Shown: one piece after another, positions 1 to 10,454 of the stretch
How positions within the stretch are numbered: the stretch's first letter is position 1
How the letters are laid out: each line of letters begins with the position of its first letter
Source of the DNA: a virus
Virus record (IMG/VR): IMGVR_UViG_3300025128_005882
Coordinates: 1 to 64,000 of that record
Direction: 5' to 3' (one strand)
DNA: 64,000 nt
Notes under the pieces: model-generated
Database searches by the model: none
Told to the model about the DNA's origin: nothing
The model's input: only the letters and a program-made list of their open reading frames with translations
Made by a program: the position numbers and the translations under genes

Positions 1-3000
1 TTTCCGAAGGGTCAAATAGTAATGTGCCATAAGCTTAGCGGCGGTGAGTGGATAATTATGGACTTTGGGGCTGCGAACATAGATCAAAAAAGTTTTGAGT
101 TTGGCAAGTGGCAATTCTGGAAATCAATAGCAAATAAAGATGCATACAGAAGAGACGATAGATTTCACTATGACCCTAACGTCATAGAATATCATGATAA
201 AATTTTAAATGATGCTACATATGAAGGATTGTTCAGAGCCAAGTTTTATCAAGGCGTAGATGACGCTATGAACATTGTCGTTGATGACACGATAGGAACA
301 CCGGGCGTAACATTATATAGGATTCCAATAGATGCGGCAAATAGACTATCTTCATCTGCAGGTAACCCTAACAGCTTAGGTGTCATGAACGGCGCATTTA
401 AAGAGAAAACATTTGATATCGGCGGCGGCCAGTCCATCACATTAAACGTGCGCGTTCCTGTTGATTTTGTTGGTAGTAGAAGATATCAACAAACAACATC
501 TTTTGATCAGATGTCTAAGACCGCAGGTGGGTTATCAACCAACGAGCTTATAGGACTGGCCAATCCTTTTAGGGGTTTAGACGGTAGTACTATTGAGGAC
601 GTTACAGACATAGCTCAGGCACCTCACTCAAATGTATATCCTCACTGGGGGCCAATTCTAAATCATGGCTATAATGTCACTGGCGTCACCAACTTGGGCA
701 CTGATAGCCAAGGCAATGGTCGGATAAAGGGCTATAGATCCGGCGGCGTAGATCATGCTGGAGGTGCTGCGGCTGGAGGCCTTCTAAATGATAGTGACAT
801 GTCTTTGTCAAACATAAAAAATAGCAACAATGCTAGGCTAGGAACTAATATACTTTCACAATCTGACGGGTTGGGCATACACCTGCCAGCCGATGTTGGC
901 ACCAACGCTGCGCCCTACTCTGAAAATGGATCTCCTATTGAAGACTTGCAAGAACTTTTAAGATGTGTTAATGTTGATGACGTGGACGTAGGTGGCCTAC
1001 AGGCGATAGCGGGTAACTTCGGCCAGTTCGGGATATCGCAAGCAGCCGGAAACGGCGCTGACTTCATGGACAGCTTAGGCGCAAAAAACTTGGCTCTTGG
1101 TGTTAGAGAATATCTTTCTGATGTTGCTGATGAGAAAGACATACTTTCATCTTATGCAGGATTACCTTCGCCATACTGGTTTAACGCTAGCTCAGCCACT
1201 GCTATTCAAGCAGCAAGAGGCGGCAAGAAAAGTTGGCGTAATGGAGAAAGACCCAATCAAGGTAGGTGGGTCTATGTAGCTAAGGATACAAACGCCATCC
1301 CAACTGGAGCCAAACCAGATAGCGCCTACAACCTTAAGCCTCAAGTTGCCAACAGGATTACCTTCATTCCTTTGGCCGCTGAACATTGTGGTACTTTTGA
1401 TAACAGATCAACCAACTCTGAGGTTCTTGGACACAGAGGAGACAGTTCTTACGGCGGCCTTCTGGACTTGGGGTCTCAAAATTATTCACTAAGGACTAGT
1501 GATCGTGTAGCCATGAACGACGCTGCTGCAGTGATAGGTGGTCTTGGCGCAGTAGGCCAGCCAGATAAAACGGTATTTCCTATAGAGTTTATACAGAGAA
1601 GCGTGAATTTTGGTTACTCAAAACAATACGGGGCTGGAGATTTTGGTGGTGACAAAATTAAATATGCAGGAGGAGGAGGGTTTCATGGAGACGACATAGC
1701 TTCTATGCGATTAAACCATTTATCTTTTGGCCAAGATGCAAATGGTAATATGCTTTTAGGTGCAGATGGTGACTTGGTTGAGTCTGTTGATGGACACTCT
1801 GTAACCAATGGGAGCAACGGTTTTGGCATACCCTACGGGATATATTGCAGACATCAGCATGAGTATGGAGACAATGGTCAGGGGTTTGCTCCAAATGATT
1901 TGTGGAGCTTTGGAAATGATGGTTTATCAACAGTTGGTATAGCATCTGCTAAATGTACTGTTAAGGTGCGTGGCTACGAGTTAGCTATAAAGACATTGAT
2001 GAGCGCTGGCATTTCTGCTCAGATTCCACGAGGCTATCAAAGGTGGGGATCGTCTGGCGATGGTCAAATGGACTTTGGTACTACTGCTGGATATGTAAAG
2101 GTATATGATGCTTGGCCTGAAGAACAAACTATATTTGATCCTAGATATTTTGCGGTGATGCACTTTAATGCTGGCCAACTAATGACACTTGCGGGTGGCG
2201 AGTTTGTTGGAGATCCAGATCAAGATGATAGCAGTAAAATGGACGAATATACAAATATGTATAGATGGGTTGACAATGAAGAGTTCGACGTAGATTACAG
2301 AGTGCCAACAGTTTCTGGTAATCCGGGAGATGTTGATCTTATTGAAGTTGAAGAGGGTAGAGAAGTGTTCAGTGATTTTGCTCACAGTCAACAAACAGGC
2401 CTAGCTGGTTTAATTAGACCTAAAGAAGAGTGGAAAGTAGTTACTACAAGAAGAGGTATGTTATTGCCATTTAAATACAGAAAGAAAACACTCTGTCTAA
2501 CAAGTACTGACGGCAACGTTGCGTCTGCTTTTGGCCACAACCTCCAAACCTATGTCGCAGGGATTGCGGGCACAAGTGAGATGTCTAACATAATAAATAA
2601 CGATGATGGCACAGCTAACCTCGTTTCGTGGCGCCATGAGCCTTCAGTTTGGATAGCTGCTTCTGGCGAAGGCTACAAAGTTGGCGATGTATTTGATATG
2701 ACTGGAGGTGACGAAGATGTAACAGGGAAAGTTGTAGTCACAAAGGTAAATACAGTTGAAGACAACGTGCGACTTGAACCCACTCAGGGTGGAGGCCCTG
2801 TAGGTGCCATTATAGAGATTAGGCCGGGAGATCACCCCACTAGTCCCTCAAACATTTCTTTTGGAGAGGGTTATGATGCTCATAAATTTGTAAGTTTTAG
2901 CGATTACCAGAAGATTTTAAAAATGGATGCTAATGATCCTGTTTCTGCCGCCCCTCAAATACAAGGCTTACCCGCTATAAACCCACAAGGACAGGCAAAC

Positions 3001-3300
3001 GCAGGTATTGGAGCTGTGATTTACGCGCTACACGGCGTCTGCAGCACCGTAGACAAGCTAGATGTTGGCCCGCTAAAACAGCAGTCAGCAGTAAGATTTA
3101 CACCTGCCTCAAATGGCAAACAAGGCAGGAAAAAACTAGCCCCATATGCTAGAAAACTAAGCATAGCTAGACCTAATAAAGACTTTGCCTATGACGTATT
3201 TTTACAACACCATAACGATGTTAGTCATGTATTTATGCATAGTGACCTGAATCCAGATCACATTAGACAATTTACAGACGTAGAAATCATAGGTGTATAA
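1..3300 (+). CDS. Large Gly/Asp/Asn-rich protein, probable virion (tail/baseplate) component; 5' end likely outside the window
   Basis: Frame is open from base 1 (TTT CCG AAG GGT...). It is over 1090 aa and Gly/Asn/Asp-rich, with an SGEGYKVGD motif of the kind seen in phage tail/baseplate proteins. Confidence 0.55.
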   Translation, partial: FPKGQIVMCHKLSGGEWIIMDFGAANIDQKSFEFGKWQFWKSIANKDAYRRDDRFHYDPNVIEYHDKILNDATYEGLFRAKFYQGVDDAMNIVVDDTIGTPGVTLYRIPIDAANRLSSSAGNPNSLGVMNGAFKEKTFDIGGGQSITLNVRVPVDFVGSRRYQQTTSFDQMSKTAGGLSTNELIGLANPFRGLDGSTIEDVTDIAQAPHSNVYPHWGPILNHGYNVTGVTNLGTDSQGNGRIKGYRSGGVDHAGGAAAGGLLNDSDMSLSNIKNSNNARLGTNILSQSDGLGIHLPADVGTNAAPYSENGSPIEDLQELLRCVNVDDVDVGGLQAIAGNFGQFGISQAAGNGADFMDSLGAKNLALGVREYLSDVADEKDILSSYAGLPSPYWFNASSATAIQAARGGKKSWRNGERPNQGRWVYVAKDTNAIPTGAKPDSAYNLKPQVANRITFIPLAAEHCGTFDNRSTNSEVLGHRGDSSYGGLLDLGSQNYSLRTSDRVAMNDAAAVIGGLGAVGQPDKTVFPIEFIQRSVNFGYSKQYGAGDFGGDKIKYAGGGGFHGDDIASMRLNHLSFGQDANGNMLLGADGDLVESVDGHSVTNGSNGFGIPYGIYCRHQHEYGDNGQGFAPNDLWSFGNDGLSTVGIASAKCTVKVRGYELAIKTLMSAGISAQIPRGYQRWGSSGDGQMDFGTTAGYVKVYDAWPEEQTIFDPRYFAVMHFNAGQLMTLAGGEFVGDPDQDDSSKMDEYTNMYRWVDNEEFDVDYRVPTVSGNPGDVDLIEVEEGREVFSDFAHSQQTGLAGLIRPKEEWKVVTTRRGMLLPFKYRKKTLCLTSTDGNVASAFGHNLQTYVAGIAGTSEMSNIINNDDGTANLVSWRHEPSVWIAASGEGYKVGDVFDMTGGDEDVTGKVVVTKVNTVEDNVRLEPTQGGGPVGAIIEIRPGDHPTSPSNISFGEGYDAHKFVSFSDYQKILKMDANDPVSAAPQIQGLPAINPQGQANAGIGAVIYALHGVCSTVDKLDVGPLKQQSAVRFTPASNGKQGRKKLAPYARKLSIARPNKDFAYDVFLQHHNDVSHVFMHSDLNPDHIRQFTDVEIIGV

Positions 3301-3308
3301 CATTTTTC

Positions 3309-3331
3309 GTGTATAATATATAACAGACGAC
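3309..3331 (+). promoter_or_regulatory. Putative phage promoter GTGTATAATATATAACAGACGA
   Basis: TG-extended TATAAT upstream of the AGGAG RBS of 3353; near-identical motif at 53280-53302 (-). Confidence 0.55.
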
Positions 3332-3352
3332 CTTTTACTAGGAGATTAAATA

Positions 3353-4111
3353 ATGGCTGAGATTAGATTTTACGCCCAAGGCGTGAGCAATACACAAGTT
3401 TCAGACGGCGGATATGGCGATATCACGCATGAGGCTGGATCTGGACTTGGTTTTTTTGGTAGCAACATTGGCGTTTCTGTGCCAGTAGGTGACTATCAAA
3501 CCACTACATTCCATACTAACGGAGACGGTACGGATGTAGCCAATTCAACAAGATTAAAAAATAGCAGATATGTAAGTGATACTGGCGTAAGTATTGATGA
3601 AGGTGCGGCTCTTGAGCTTGATAAAATGTGCAATTTTCAGGCACCTTTAAATATCAGATTTGTCCATAGCGAGGACGTTATGGTAAAAACATGTCGCTTA
3701 AGAATATTCGATAGAAATGATATTGCCAAAGCTGCTTCTGGTGTTACCACCAAAGCTTTTGAAACAAGGCGGTATTCTAGCAGCAATGCGGGAGATCTAC
3801 AACTAGATCATGTGGCTGCTGCGTCACCTAACCAACCAAGTCCATCCACCAAGTGGACTCCTTTCGTTGGTAGCGCAGCTGGTGATGGTGATGAGATGTA
3901 CCTAACTGACAGTCCGGGCGTGAGTGGTGCAAATACCACCGCTGGTGATAACGTAGCAACAAAGGTCGCTGGCTACGTTGGAACAGTACCCCAAGAAGGC
4001 GCAACCCACAGAGCAATGCGCCATGACTGGTATCTAGCTGTGAGCGCATCTCCTGACAGCATTGGTGCAAAAACCAGCTATGGTATGTACTTTACATGTG
4101 AGTATCTCTAA
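3353..4111 (+). CDS. Hypothetical protein, probable virion structural protein
   Basis: 252 aa, Gly/Ser/Thr-rich with beta-type character, good AGGAG RBS, follows the large structural-like ORF. Confidence 0.5.
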   Translation: MAEIRFYAQGVSNTQVSDGGYGDITHEAGSGLGFFGSNIGVSVPVGDYQTTTFHTNGDGTDVANSTRLKNSRYVSDTGVSIDEGAALELDKMCNFQAPLNIRFVHSEDVMVKTCRLRIFDRNDIAKAASGVTTKAFETRRYSSSNAGDLQLDHVAAASPNQPSPSTKWTPFVGSAAGDGDEMYLTDSPGVSGANTTAGDNVATKVAGYVGTVPQEGATHRAMRHDWYLAVSASPDSIGAKTSYGMYFTCEYL

Positions 4112-4126
4112 TATTCTTATGCCATT

Positions 4127-4164
4127 AAAAAAAGCCCCTTCCTCGCGGTTGGGGCTTCCTTTTT
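4127..4164. terminator. Bidirectional intrinsic terminator
   Basis: A7-GCCCC...GGGGCTT-CCT5 between convergent genes. Confidence 0.75.
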
Positions 4165-4166
4165 GG

Positions 4167-4502
4167 TTACTCGTTTTTCTCAGTCTTTGGGTTCCATTTA
4201 ACCCATCCTGAATCGGGCAACCAGTTTCCGTCACCGTCCTTGCGTCTTGGGAATAACCCACCGCCTTTCTTGTGAGCGCCAAACGCTAGTCTAGCTCCGC
4301 AGTTCGTACACCTTAGCTCGTAGTATTGGTTATCTTCAACCGTTCTAACTACGAAGCGTAGATTTTCGTGACCACATTTGCCACATACACTCTGCTCAAA
4401 TACTTCTTGAAATTTACTGATCTGTTCAAAAATGTCTCGCTGTGAATCACCTTCAAACTCAACAGTAATACGCTTGTTGCTTGTAGTATAGTTTACTTTC
4501 AT
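4167..4502 (-). CDS. Zinc-ribbon protein
   Basis: CGKC...CTNC cysteine pairs. Confidence 0.6.
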   Translation of the reverse strand: MKVNYTTSNKRITVEFEGDSQRDIFEQISKFQEVFEQSVCGKCGHENLRFVVRTVEDNQYYELRCTNCGARLAFGAHKKGGGLFPRRKDGDGNWLPDSGWVKWNPKTEKNE

Positions 4503-5281
4503 TGACTACGCCACTCCTCTATATAACCTAAAATTGCCTCTGGGATAGTTGATTTATCCCTCTGATAATTATTCAACGTGTCAATAATCTCACTAGCTAT
4601 CTTCTTAGATATCTTGCGATTATTATCTACATTGAAAACCGTTTTAAATAGTTCACGACCATTAATATTTAGCTGCTTACACTTAACATCAATAAAGTTG
4701 TACTGTGCGTCAGACATACGACTAGAGTCATCATAACCACCATCAGATGTATCCTTTTTAGATGACAATTCTCGTACTATCTTAGCAGTATCTTTTTTGG
4801 TCATTTCTTCCGCAGCTACAGCTCTAATCCTCAAGGCTTTACGTAAAGCTCTACCTTCAGCACGAGTGCTTGCAGTTGCAATAGCATAGGCACAGAACAT
4901 GTCGTCTGTGTTGCCTTCCCAGCAGTCCGCTACTTCTGAGTAGCGCATTCCATTTTCAAACTCCACAGTAAAGACAACAGTTGCTCTACCATGATGATCA
5001 TCTCGCTGTGGTGGGAAAACTTGAGTCGGGCCGCTATAGACAATGGGGCCAATAACAAGTTCTGCCACACGACGCAGACCATTAACAAGTGGATTACCAT
5101 CATACAGTTCTTTTGATGTGAACATCGACATAACGTACTCGTTCCACTCTGGATCTGTAATTGCCGGAGCGCTCTCCTCTGTACTAATAACATCCTTAAC
5201 AGAAGTATCAGTATCAATAGGAGTTTCTAATTCCACAGTTTCAAATAACATATCTTCCATTTCTCTATCCTTATCTATCAT
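4499..5281 (-). CDS. Putative Rad52/Sak-like single-strand annealing protein
   Basis: AIATASTRAEGRALRKAL helix resembles the Rad52-fold SSAP motif; C-terminal MSDAQ...I small domain. Confidence 0.45.
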   Translation of the reverse strand: MIDKDREMEDMLFETVELETPIDTDTSVKDVISTEESAPAITDPEWNEYVMSMFTSKELYDGNPLVNGLRRVAELVIGPIVYSGPTQVFPPQRDDHHGRATVVFTVEFENGMRYSEVADCWEGNTDDMFCAYAIATASTRAEGRALRKALRIRAVAAEEMTKKDTAKIVRELSSKKDTSDGGYDDSSRMSDAQYNFIDVKCKQLNINGRELFKTVFNVDNNRKISKKIASEIIDTLNNYQRDKSTIPEAILGYIEEWRSQ

Positions 5282-6042
5282 AATTCTATTTCAATAAACC
5301 TCTTTGACTTAGGGGGGAATCTATTATCAATCTTCTCTAAGTGTTCCAATAAATTATTTATTAGCTCCTCCTTCTTGTTTAATGACACAAAGTCAGCCAG
5401 ATTCTTAACTCGGATAATAATATATCCTTTGCTTAGAATAAGTCCAGACTTTTGGCTGTCTGCAATGATCTGTTTCTGGAGCTTCTCTTCTCCCCAAATT
5501 GGAAAGAAGTGGGAAGGCCCGTCTATCTCTATTATAGTCTTATGGCTAGGAATATACAGATCTATTTCTAATTTTTGTGTAGGAATCAGGTTTTTTTTGT
5601 GAAACTCTACAGAGTATCCCTTGTCGGAAAGCGCCCGAGAAACAAACTTTTCAAGCTTTGAACCTTCTTTTCCAGCCCTTTGCACAGCTTCGATAGCTAG
5701 CGAGCAGATTCTACTTCTTTCCGTCTCCGGCATCTCGTGCCATCTTCGCTTGGCTTCTGAACACCTTTCGTTGTATTCATCTTCATCCATTGACGACCAG
5801 TATTCCTGAACTGAAGAACTAATCTTTAGTCTTTCTTCTTTTGTTCGCTTCTTTCCGCTGGTTGGGTGTGTGGCTCTGCCACTCTTCAAAGCATTTTTTT
5901 GTGCTTGACTTCTGCTCTTTAGCTCGACGCCATTCTTTGTAAGTATCCGCCTAATCTTGTTCGGATATGTTTTAAAGTGTTCGGCAATCTGGTAAGTGCT
6001 TCTGCCCTCCTCGTATAGCTGTATTACTTTTTGATCTTTCAT
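5278..6042 (-). CDS. HTH/NUMOD3-like plus Vsr/DUF559-type endonuclease (homing-endonuclease-like)
   Basis: N-terminal HTH (STYQIAEHF), GKKRTKEERLKIS repeat-like segment, C-terminal EIDLY...IEIDGPSH nuclease motif. Confidence 0.65.
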   Translation of the reverse strand: MKDQKVIQLYEEGRSTYQIAEHFKTYPNKIRRILTKNGVELKSRSQAQKNALKSGRATHPTSGKKRTKEERLKISSSVQEYWSSMDEDEYNERCSEAKRRWHEMPETERSRICSLAIEAVQRAGKEGSKLEKFVSRALSDKGYSVEFHKKNLIPTQKLEIDLYIPSHKTIIEIDGPSHFFPIWGEEKLQKQIIADSQKSGLILSKGYIIIRVKNLADFVSLNKKEELINNLLEHLEKIDNRFPPKSKRFIEIEL

Positions 6043-6485
6043 TTTATAACCTCTAATATTTTAGTGTCGAAATTCTCTACGACGCTAGCTGATTTTTTAC
6101 CAGTGAGTCGATATAACTCGTTTGCGTCATCTTCTGATCTGCAAATAATTTCAACATCTTTATTATTAGCCACGTTCAACAATCCAAGAACATCTTTCTT
6201 GCCTTCAAATCCGTAATAGAAAAATACAGAAAACCTATTCCCCACTTCAATGGCTTTTGCCGTTGTTTCTATCGTGGTTGTTATTAGTTTCCCAGTAAAA
6301 TTCCATATGTCCGCTGAGTTAAATACTGCGAACTTATACTTTTCATCGTTTGGCCCTATGCTATCATAAAAAACGCAAGCGTCAGAAACTTTGTTAGATT
6401 CGACAGCGCCATTTAATAGCTTTGTCATGTCTATTACCGCTTCATTTTTACATAGATGTGGTATATATACTCCTATATTCATCAC
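6039..6485 (-). CDS. Hypothetical protein (glycosyltransferase N-terminal-like)
   Basis: 148 aa alpha/beta protein at the edge of the sugar cluster. Confidence 0.4.
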   Translation of the reverse strand: MMNIGVYIPHLCKNEAVIDMTKLLNGAVESNKVSDACVFYDSIGPNDEKYKFAVFNSADIWNFTGKLITTTIETTAKAIEVGNRFSVFFYYGFEGKKDVLGLLNVANNKDVEIICRSEDDANELYRLTGKKSASVVENFDTKILEVIK

Positions 6486-7303
6486 AGCCCTTTCTCTTTT
6501 ATATTAAAGTCTTTCATCTCTCTTATTTGTTCATGTAGCGTTGGAACGCTAGAAAAAGCCAGAGGCTGCGTATAGAATGTAGAAAGCGTCCTGTCGCACT
6601 CTGAGGCTGCGTCTACGGCGTTTATAATTAAACCCAAAGAATATATAGAGTCAAACAACTGTAGCATCTCAAGCTTACTGTGGCTTCTGTGAGTAAACAA
6701 GTGGCGCACGCCTTCCCAATAAACATTTTGTTCAATTAGCTGCTCAATTACCTTTGCAACCTGAAGGCATGTGACCCCGTTCCATAGGTGGTTTTTGAAT
6801 CCACTTACTTCTTTACCCGCTTGAGATAGAGCCCACTCAACTAGAGATCTAGAAGTGCTCTTCTCTTCGCCTATGATTGAAGTTCTAATCGTACAATGGT
6901 GTCCTAGCTCACCAAAATATTTGCTCAAACCATACTCATCGTATTGGGTTGGGCGATCCAGTTCCGTGTAGCTACCTTTTTCGCCGCTAAATATGCAGTC
7001 AGTTGTGATATGAAACATCTTTGCCTTTGCCCTAGCGCAAGTTTTATGTAGCATGTGAGGCCATAAACCATTGACTATAAAAGTGTTCATATGTCCTACA
7101 GACTCGACTTGCGGTTTAATAGTTCCAATGCAATTAATCACATAGTCACCCGCTTCTAAACTTAAAATCTTGCCGATCTCGTTTATATTCTCAACAGCGT
7201 CAATGTCTTTTCTAGTGTAAGGTACGCAGTCATACAAATCTTTTAAATATGTATAAACATAATTGCCAAGCATACCATTGGCGCCTAGTACGTGTATTCT
7301 CAT
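6482..7303 (-). CDS. rmlD: dTDP-4-dehydrorhamnose reductase-like
   Basis: GANGMLG, ITTDCIFSG, YGLSK motifs. Confidence 0.85.
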   Translation of the reverse strand: MRIHVLGANGMLGNYVYTYLKDLYDCVPYTRKDIDAVENINEIGKILSLEAGDYVINCIGTIKPQVESVGHMNTFIVNGLWPHMLHKTCARAKAKMFHITTDCIFSGEKGSYTELDRPTQYDEYGLSKYFGELGHHCTIRTSIIGEEKSTSRSLVEWALSQAGKEVSGFKNHLWNGVTCLQVAKVIEQLIEQNVYWEGVRHLFTHRSHSKLEMLQLFDSIYSLGLIINAVDAASECDRTLSTFYTQPLAFSSVPTLHEQIREMKDFNIKEKGL

Positions 7304-7728
7304 CGGTAATCCTCGTTATTCCAAATGTCCCATTTTGCCCAGTCAAATCTAATGTCATCTCCCAGACTTTCCTCAAGAGAAGAAGTAGAGAAAATGATCA
7401 ACTGGTTGTTTTCAGTTAAGTTTTGAAAGCCGTTTGCATAACCTTCTGGTATATATAGTAACTGTGGTTTTCTTGAGTCTAGATAAAACTTGCTGACTTC
7501 TTCAGTCTCCATGTTGACAGCGCCAACACGAAATGTCCCATCAGCCGCATACATGTATTTACCTTCTTTCTCATGCCCATGCCAAGCGCGGATGTAGTTC
7601 TTTCTTATATTAGATATGTGGTAAAACCTCTTGATGCCGAATTCTTTGAACAGGAAATCATTGCAAAAGCTAACTGAGCCTCTGTCATCAAAAGATATTC
7701 CTCCATTAATAATTGACGGACTATACAT
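7300..7728 (-). CDS. rmlC: dTDP-4-dehydrorhamnose 3,5-epimerase-like cupin
   Basis: DDRG, RAWHGH, LYIPEGYANGF motifs. Confidence 0.75.
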   Translation of the reverse strand: MYSPSIINGGISFDDRGSVSFCNDFLFKEFGIKRFYHISNIRKNYIRAWHGHEKEGKYMYAADGTFRVGAVNMETEEVSKFYLDSRKPQLLYIPEGYANGFQNLTENNQLIIFSTSSLEESLGDDIRFDWAKWDIWNNEDYR

Positions 7729-8683
7729 TTACAGTCTCCTTTATATAACGTGCGTTTGAATATACAGAATCCGTAGTGTCTTTTATTCTTCCATCTTTAA
7801 GAATGGATGCCAGCTCATTAATTCCATCTTCAAGGTTAAATGCTGGATACCACCCCTTATTCCTGTAAGACCCTGACGACACTTTGTAGTTTCTCAAATC
7901 CTCAAACGGCATATCTTCGTAATTGATAGTTGCTTCAGGATCTACCACTTCTACAATTTTTTCAGCCAGCTGCTTTATCGTGTAGTTGTCTGAGTGTAAG
8001 TTATATAGACCTGTTATCTCACTTCTTATGCCGTGATTAATTGCTCTAGCAACATCCTTAACATGAAGTAATGGCCTCCATTGTTCGCCACCAAATACCG
8101 ATAAGGCTTCGCCCCTTACTGCTTTTAGTGTTAGTATGTTTGCCACTAAATCTAATCTAAGTCTGGAGTGCCTGTCGCTTATCCCAAACAAAGTGCCCAG
8201 TCTAAAAATTAAACAGTTATTGCTATTATTTAGCAGGTACTGCTCAGCTTTTAGTTTTGTTGAAGCATAAACTGACAAAGGATTTGTAGCTGCTTGCTCT
8301 GTAATTATTTCGTCATTGACTCCATACACCGAGCAGGTTGACGTGAATACTATTTTGCCATCGTAGTTGTCTGTTAGCCACTTGACCGACTCGTAGTTAA
8401 CTTTGTTAGTCAACGCTGGGTCTACTTGGCAGGCGCCATCGCCAACCAGTGCAGCCAACCAAACTATAACATCTGGTTGCCATTCCTCAATAGTTCTACC
8501 AAGTTTATCAGTGTCTGATATATCACCAAACACAAAAGGTACATCTTTTAGGTATCTATTTTCATATACCAATTTATCATATACCAATACATGTTTTGCG
8601 GTGGCGTTTAGATAATCTGTTAGGTATCCACCTATATATCCAGCGCCCCCAACAATCATAATTCTATTCATATTATACTCCAT
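7721..8683 (-). CDS. NAD-dependent sugar epimerase/dehydratase
   Basis: GGAGYIG, STCSVYG, YASTK. Confidence 0.85.
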   Translation of the reverse strand: MEYNMNRIMIVGGAGYIGGYLTDYLNATAKHVLVYDKLVYENRYLKDVPFVFGDISDTDKLGRTIEEWQPDVIVWLAALVGDGACQVDPALTNKVNYESVKWLTDNYDGKIVFTSTCSVYGVNDEIITEQAATNPLSVYASTKLKAEQYLLNNSNNCLIFRLGTLFGISDRHSRLRLDLVANILTLKAVRGEALSVFGGEQWRPLLHVKDVARAINHGIRSEITGLYNLHSDNYTIKQLAEKIVEVVDPEATINYEDMPFEDLRNYKVSSGSYRNKGWYPAFNLEDGINELASILKDGRIKDTTDSVYSNARYIKETVNV

Positions 8684-9029
8684 ATTTCTTTACTTCTGGA
8701 TTGTAGCCGGATTCTCCAGTGGTTAAAACCCGGTCTATCTCAGCTTTTAGTTTCTTATCTATACATCTTTTTAGTCGCGCTCTTTCCATAACCAAGTATA
8801 CATCTTGTTCTGCTGCCCACGACTTGAAACAATCGTCTTCAGATACCATAACGTCATCTTTAAGCTTGTATAATTTTATATTGACTATTGTAAGCCTGTC
8901 AGTTAGTTCACCAAGGCTTATCAACTCTTCAAAGTCATTTGACTCTTTATAGTCTGCAAAGTCCCAGTACTCCACGCTCTTACTTATGGCGTCATTTATC
9001 AGGTCGCTTACTGTTTGTTTTTCATCCAT
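8673..9029 (-). CDS. Small helical protein, DUF4254-like
   Basis: SLGELTDRLTIVNIKLY...ERARLKRCID motif. Confidence 0.55.
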   Translation of the reverse strand: MDEKQTVSDLINDAISKSVEYWDFADYKESNDFEELISLGELTDRLTIVNIKLYKLKDDVMVSEDDCFKSWAAEQDVYLVMERARLKRCIDKKLKAEIDRVLTTGESGYNPEVKKYGV

Positions 9030-10048
9030 TGTATAACCTCGTCTACACTTTCTTCTAGTGAAATTTCCGCCTCAAATCCAAAGACCTCTTTGGCTTTTTG
9101 TACGTCTGGACTCCTAACCTGAACATCGTATTCAAATGCTTCACAGTTTTCAAAGACTGGATCGCAACCGTGAATTCTGTTCCAGACTAATGTTGCTAGT
9201 TCTGCAACCGATGTCCTGACACTTGATGAGATGTTAAAATCTTCGTTTATTGTGTCCTCAGACTCAAGCGACATTCTTATACCTCTAGCTATATCTTTAC
9301 CGTTAGTATAGTGTCTAATCTGATTTCCATCCCCAAGTATTGGCATTTTATTTTCTTTATCTAGCAGAAGAGCCTTGTGTATTAGATCTGGAAGAACATG
9401 ACTCATAAGCATCTTAATGTTGCCCGAATAAACTTCTTCTTCGCCTAACGCCTCTTCCTCTCCCACACCCACACAATTAAATGGTCTGATAATTGTATAC
9501 GGCAGTTTGTACTGCTCCCAAGCGCCCAAGCAGAAAAACTCAGAAGACAATTTTTGGAACCCATATGTGCTACTTGGCGGTGGTGAGCTTTCTATGGCTG
9601 ACTCAGGTGTCGGGTATATTGAACAATTCTCAAAAACCATACTGCTAGATATAACTGTTATCTTTTTTAGCTGATATTTTTTGTGCAATGCTAACGCTAA
9701 GTCAAAAGTATTAGCAAGTATTCTCTCGTTTGTTGCTAGTAGGTCATAGGCATATTTATGAAAGTAGCTTATGCCTCCTATCATGGCGGCTCCAGCAATT
9801 ATATGATCTGCATCAGATAGTAGTGGATGGCTTGGTGTATGCAGCATCCACAGGTCAAGATCTTTAAGGCTGCCCGACAAGTCTACTTCAAGCAATTCAA
9901 AATTTTCGTGCTTGTCATGCGGTCTATTGACTTTGCCGTACTTCGAGTAGTTGTCTATCCCCACGACTTTATAACCGCTATCTAGCAGCTCTTGGCATAA
10001 ATAGGAGCCTATAAACCCCTGACTGCCTGTAACTATAACTTTTTTCAT
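9008..10048 (-). CDS. NAD-dependent sugar epimerase/dehydratase
   Basis: GSQGFIG, SSSMVF, YGFQK, RPFN. Confidence 0.85.
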   Translation of the reverse strand: MKKVIVTGSQGFIGSYLCQELLDSGYKVVGIDNYSKYGKVNRPHDKHENFELLEVDLSGSLKDLDLWMLHTPSHPLLSDADHIIAGAAMIGGISYFHKYAYDLLATNERILANTFDLALALHKKYQLKKITVISSSMVFENCSIYPTPESAIESSPPPSSTYGFQKLSSEFFCLGAWEQYKLPYTIIRPFNCVGVGEEEALGEEEVYSGNIKMLMSHVLPDLIHKALLLDKENKMPILGDGNQIRHYTNGKDIARGIRMSLESEDTINEDFNISSSVRTSVAELATLVWNRIHGCDPVFENCEAFEYDVQVRSPDVQKAKEVFGFEAEISLEESVDEVIQWMKNKQ

Positions 10049-10058
10049 ATTATCTTTC

Positions 10059-10454
10059 CTAGTAAATTTGTTGTAGCTGCGCTAGTTTTTTGAATTTGTC
10101 ATAATCTAAAATATAATCATCTATATCATATGCACTTGAGCAGATTGAAAGTAGTATACTATCTTCTGTTAAGAAGATCTGTGAGTCCCACACCATTTTG
10201 TCAACAAAGATACTTTCGCCTTCGTTAAGTATGGTATCTGTCTTATTAGTGCCGTTGTCAAGGCCTACTTTTATTTGCCCACGCACACACGTTAAAATCT
10301 GCTGTGTAGTGTGATGGGCGTGCATACCCCTCACCTGATTTTCTGGAACACCGTAGACGTAAAAAACTCTTTTAGGTTCAAATGGAATATCTGAAAATTC
10401 TATCGGAACCAGCGACCCTTCTGGGCCACTATGTTCTGGCCATTTTTTTGACAT
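10059..10454 (-). CDS. FdtA/QdtA (WxcM-like) sugar 3,4-ketoisomerase cupin
   Basis: PFEPKRVFY, RGMHAH, YDIDDYI. Confidence 0.85.
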   Translation of the reverse strand: MSKKWPEHSGPEGSLVPIEFSDIPFEPKRVFYVYGVPENQVRGMHAHHTTQQILTCVRGQIKVGLDNGTNKTDTILNEGESIFVDKMVWDSQIFLTEDSILLSICSSAYDIDDYILDYDKFKKLAQLQQIY

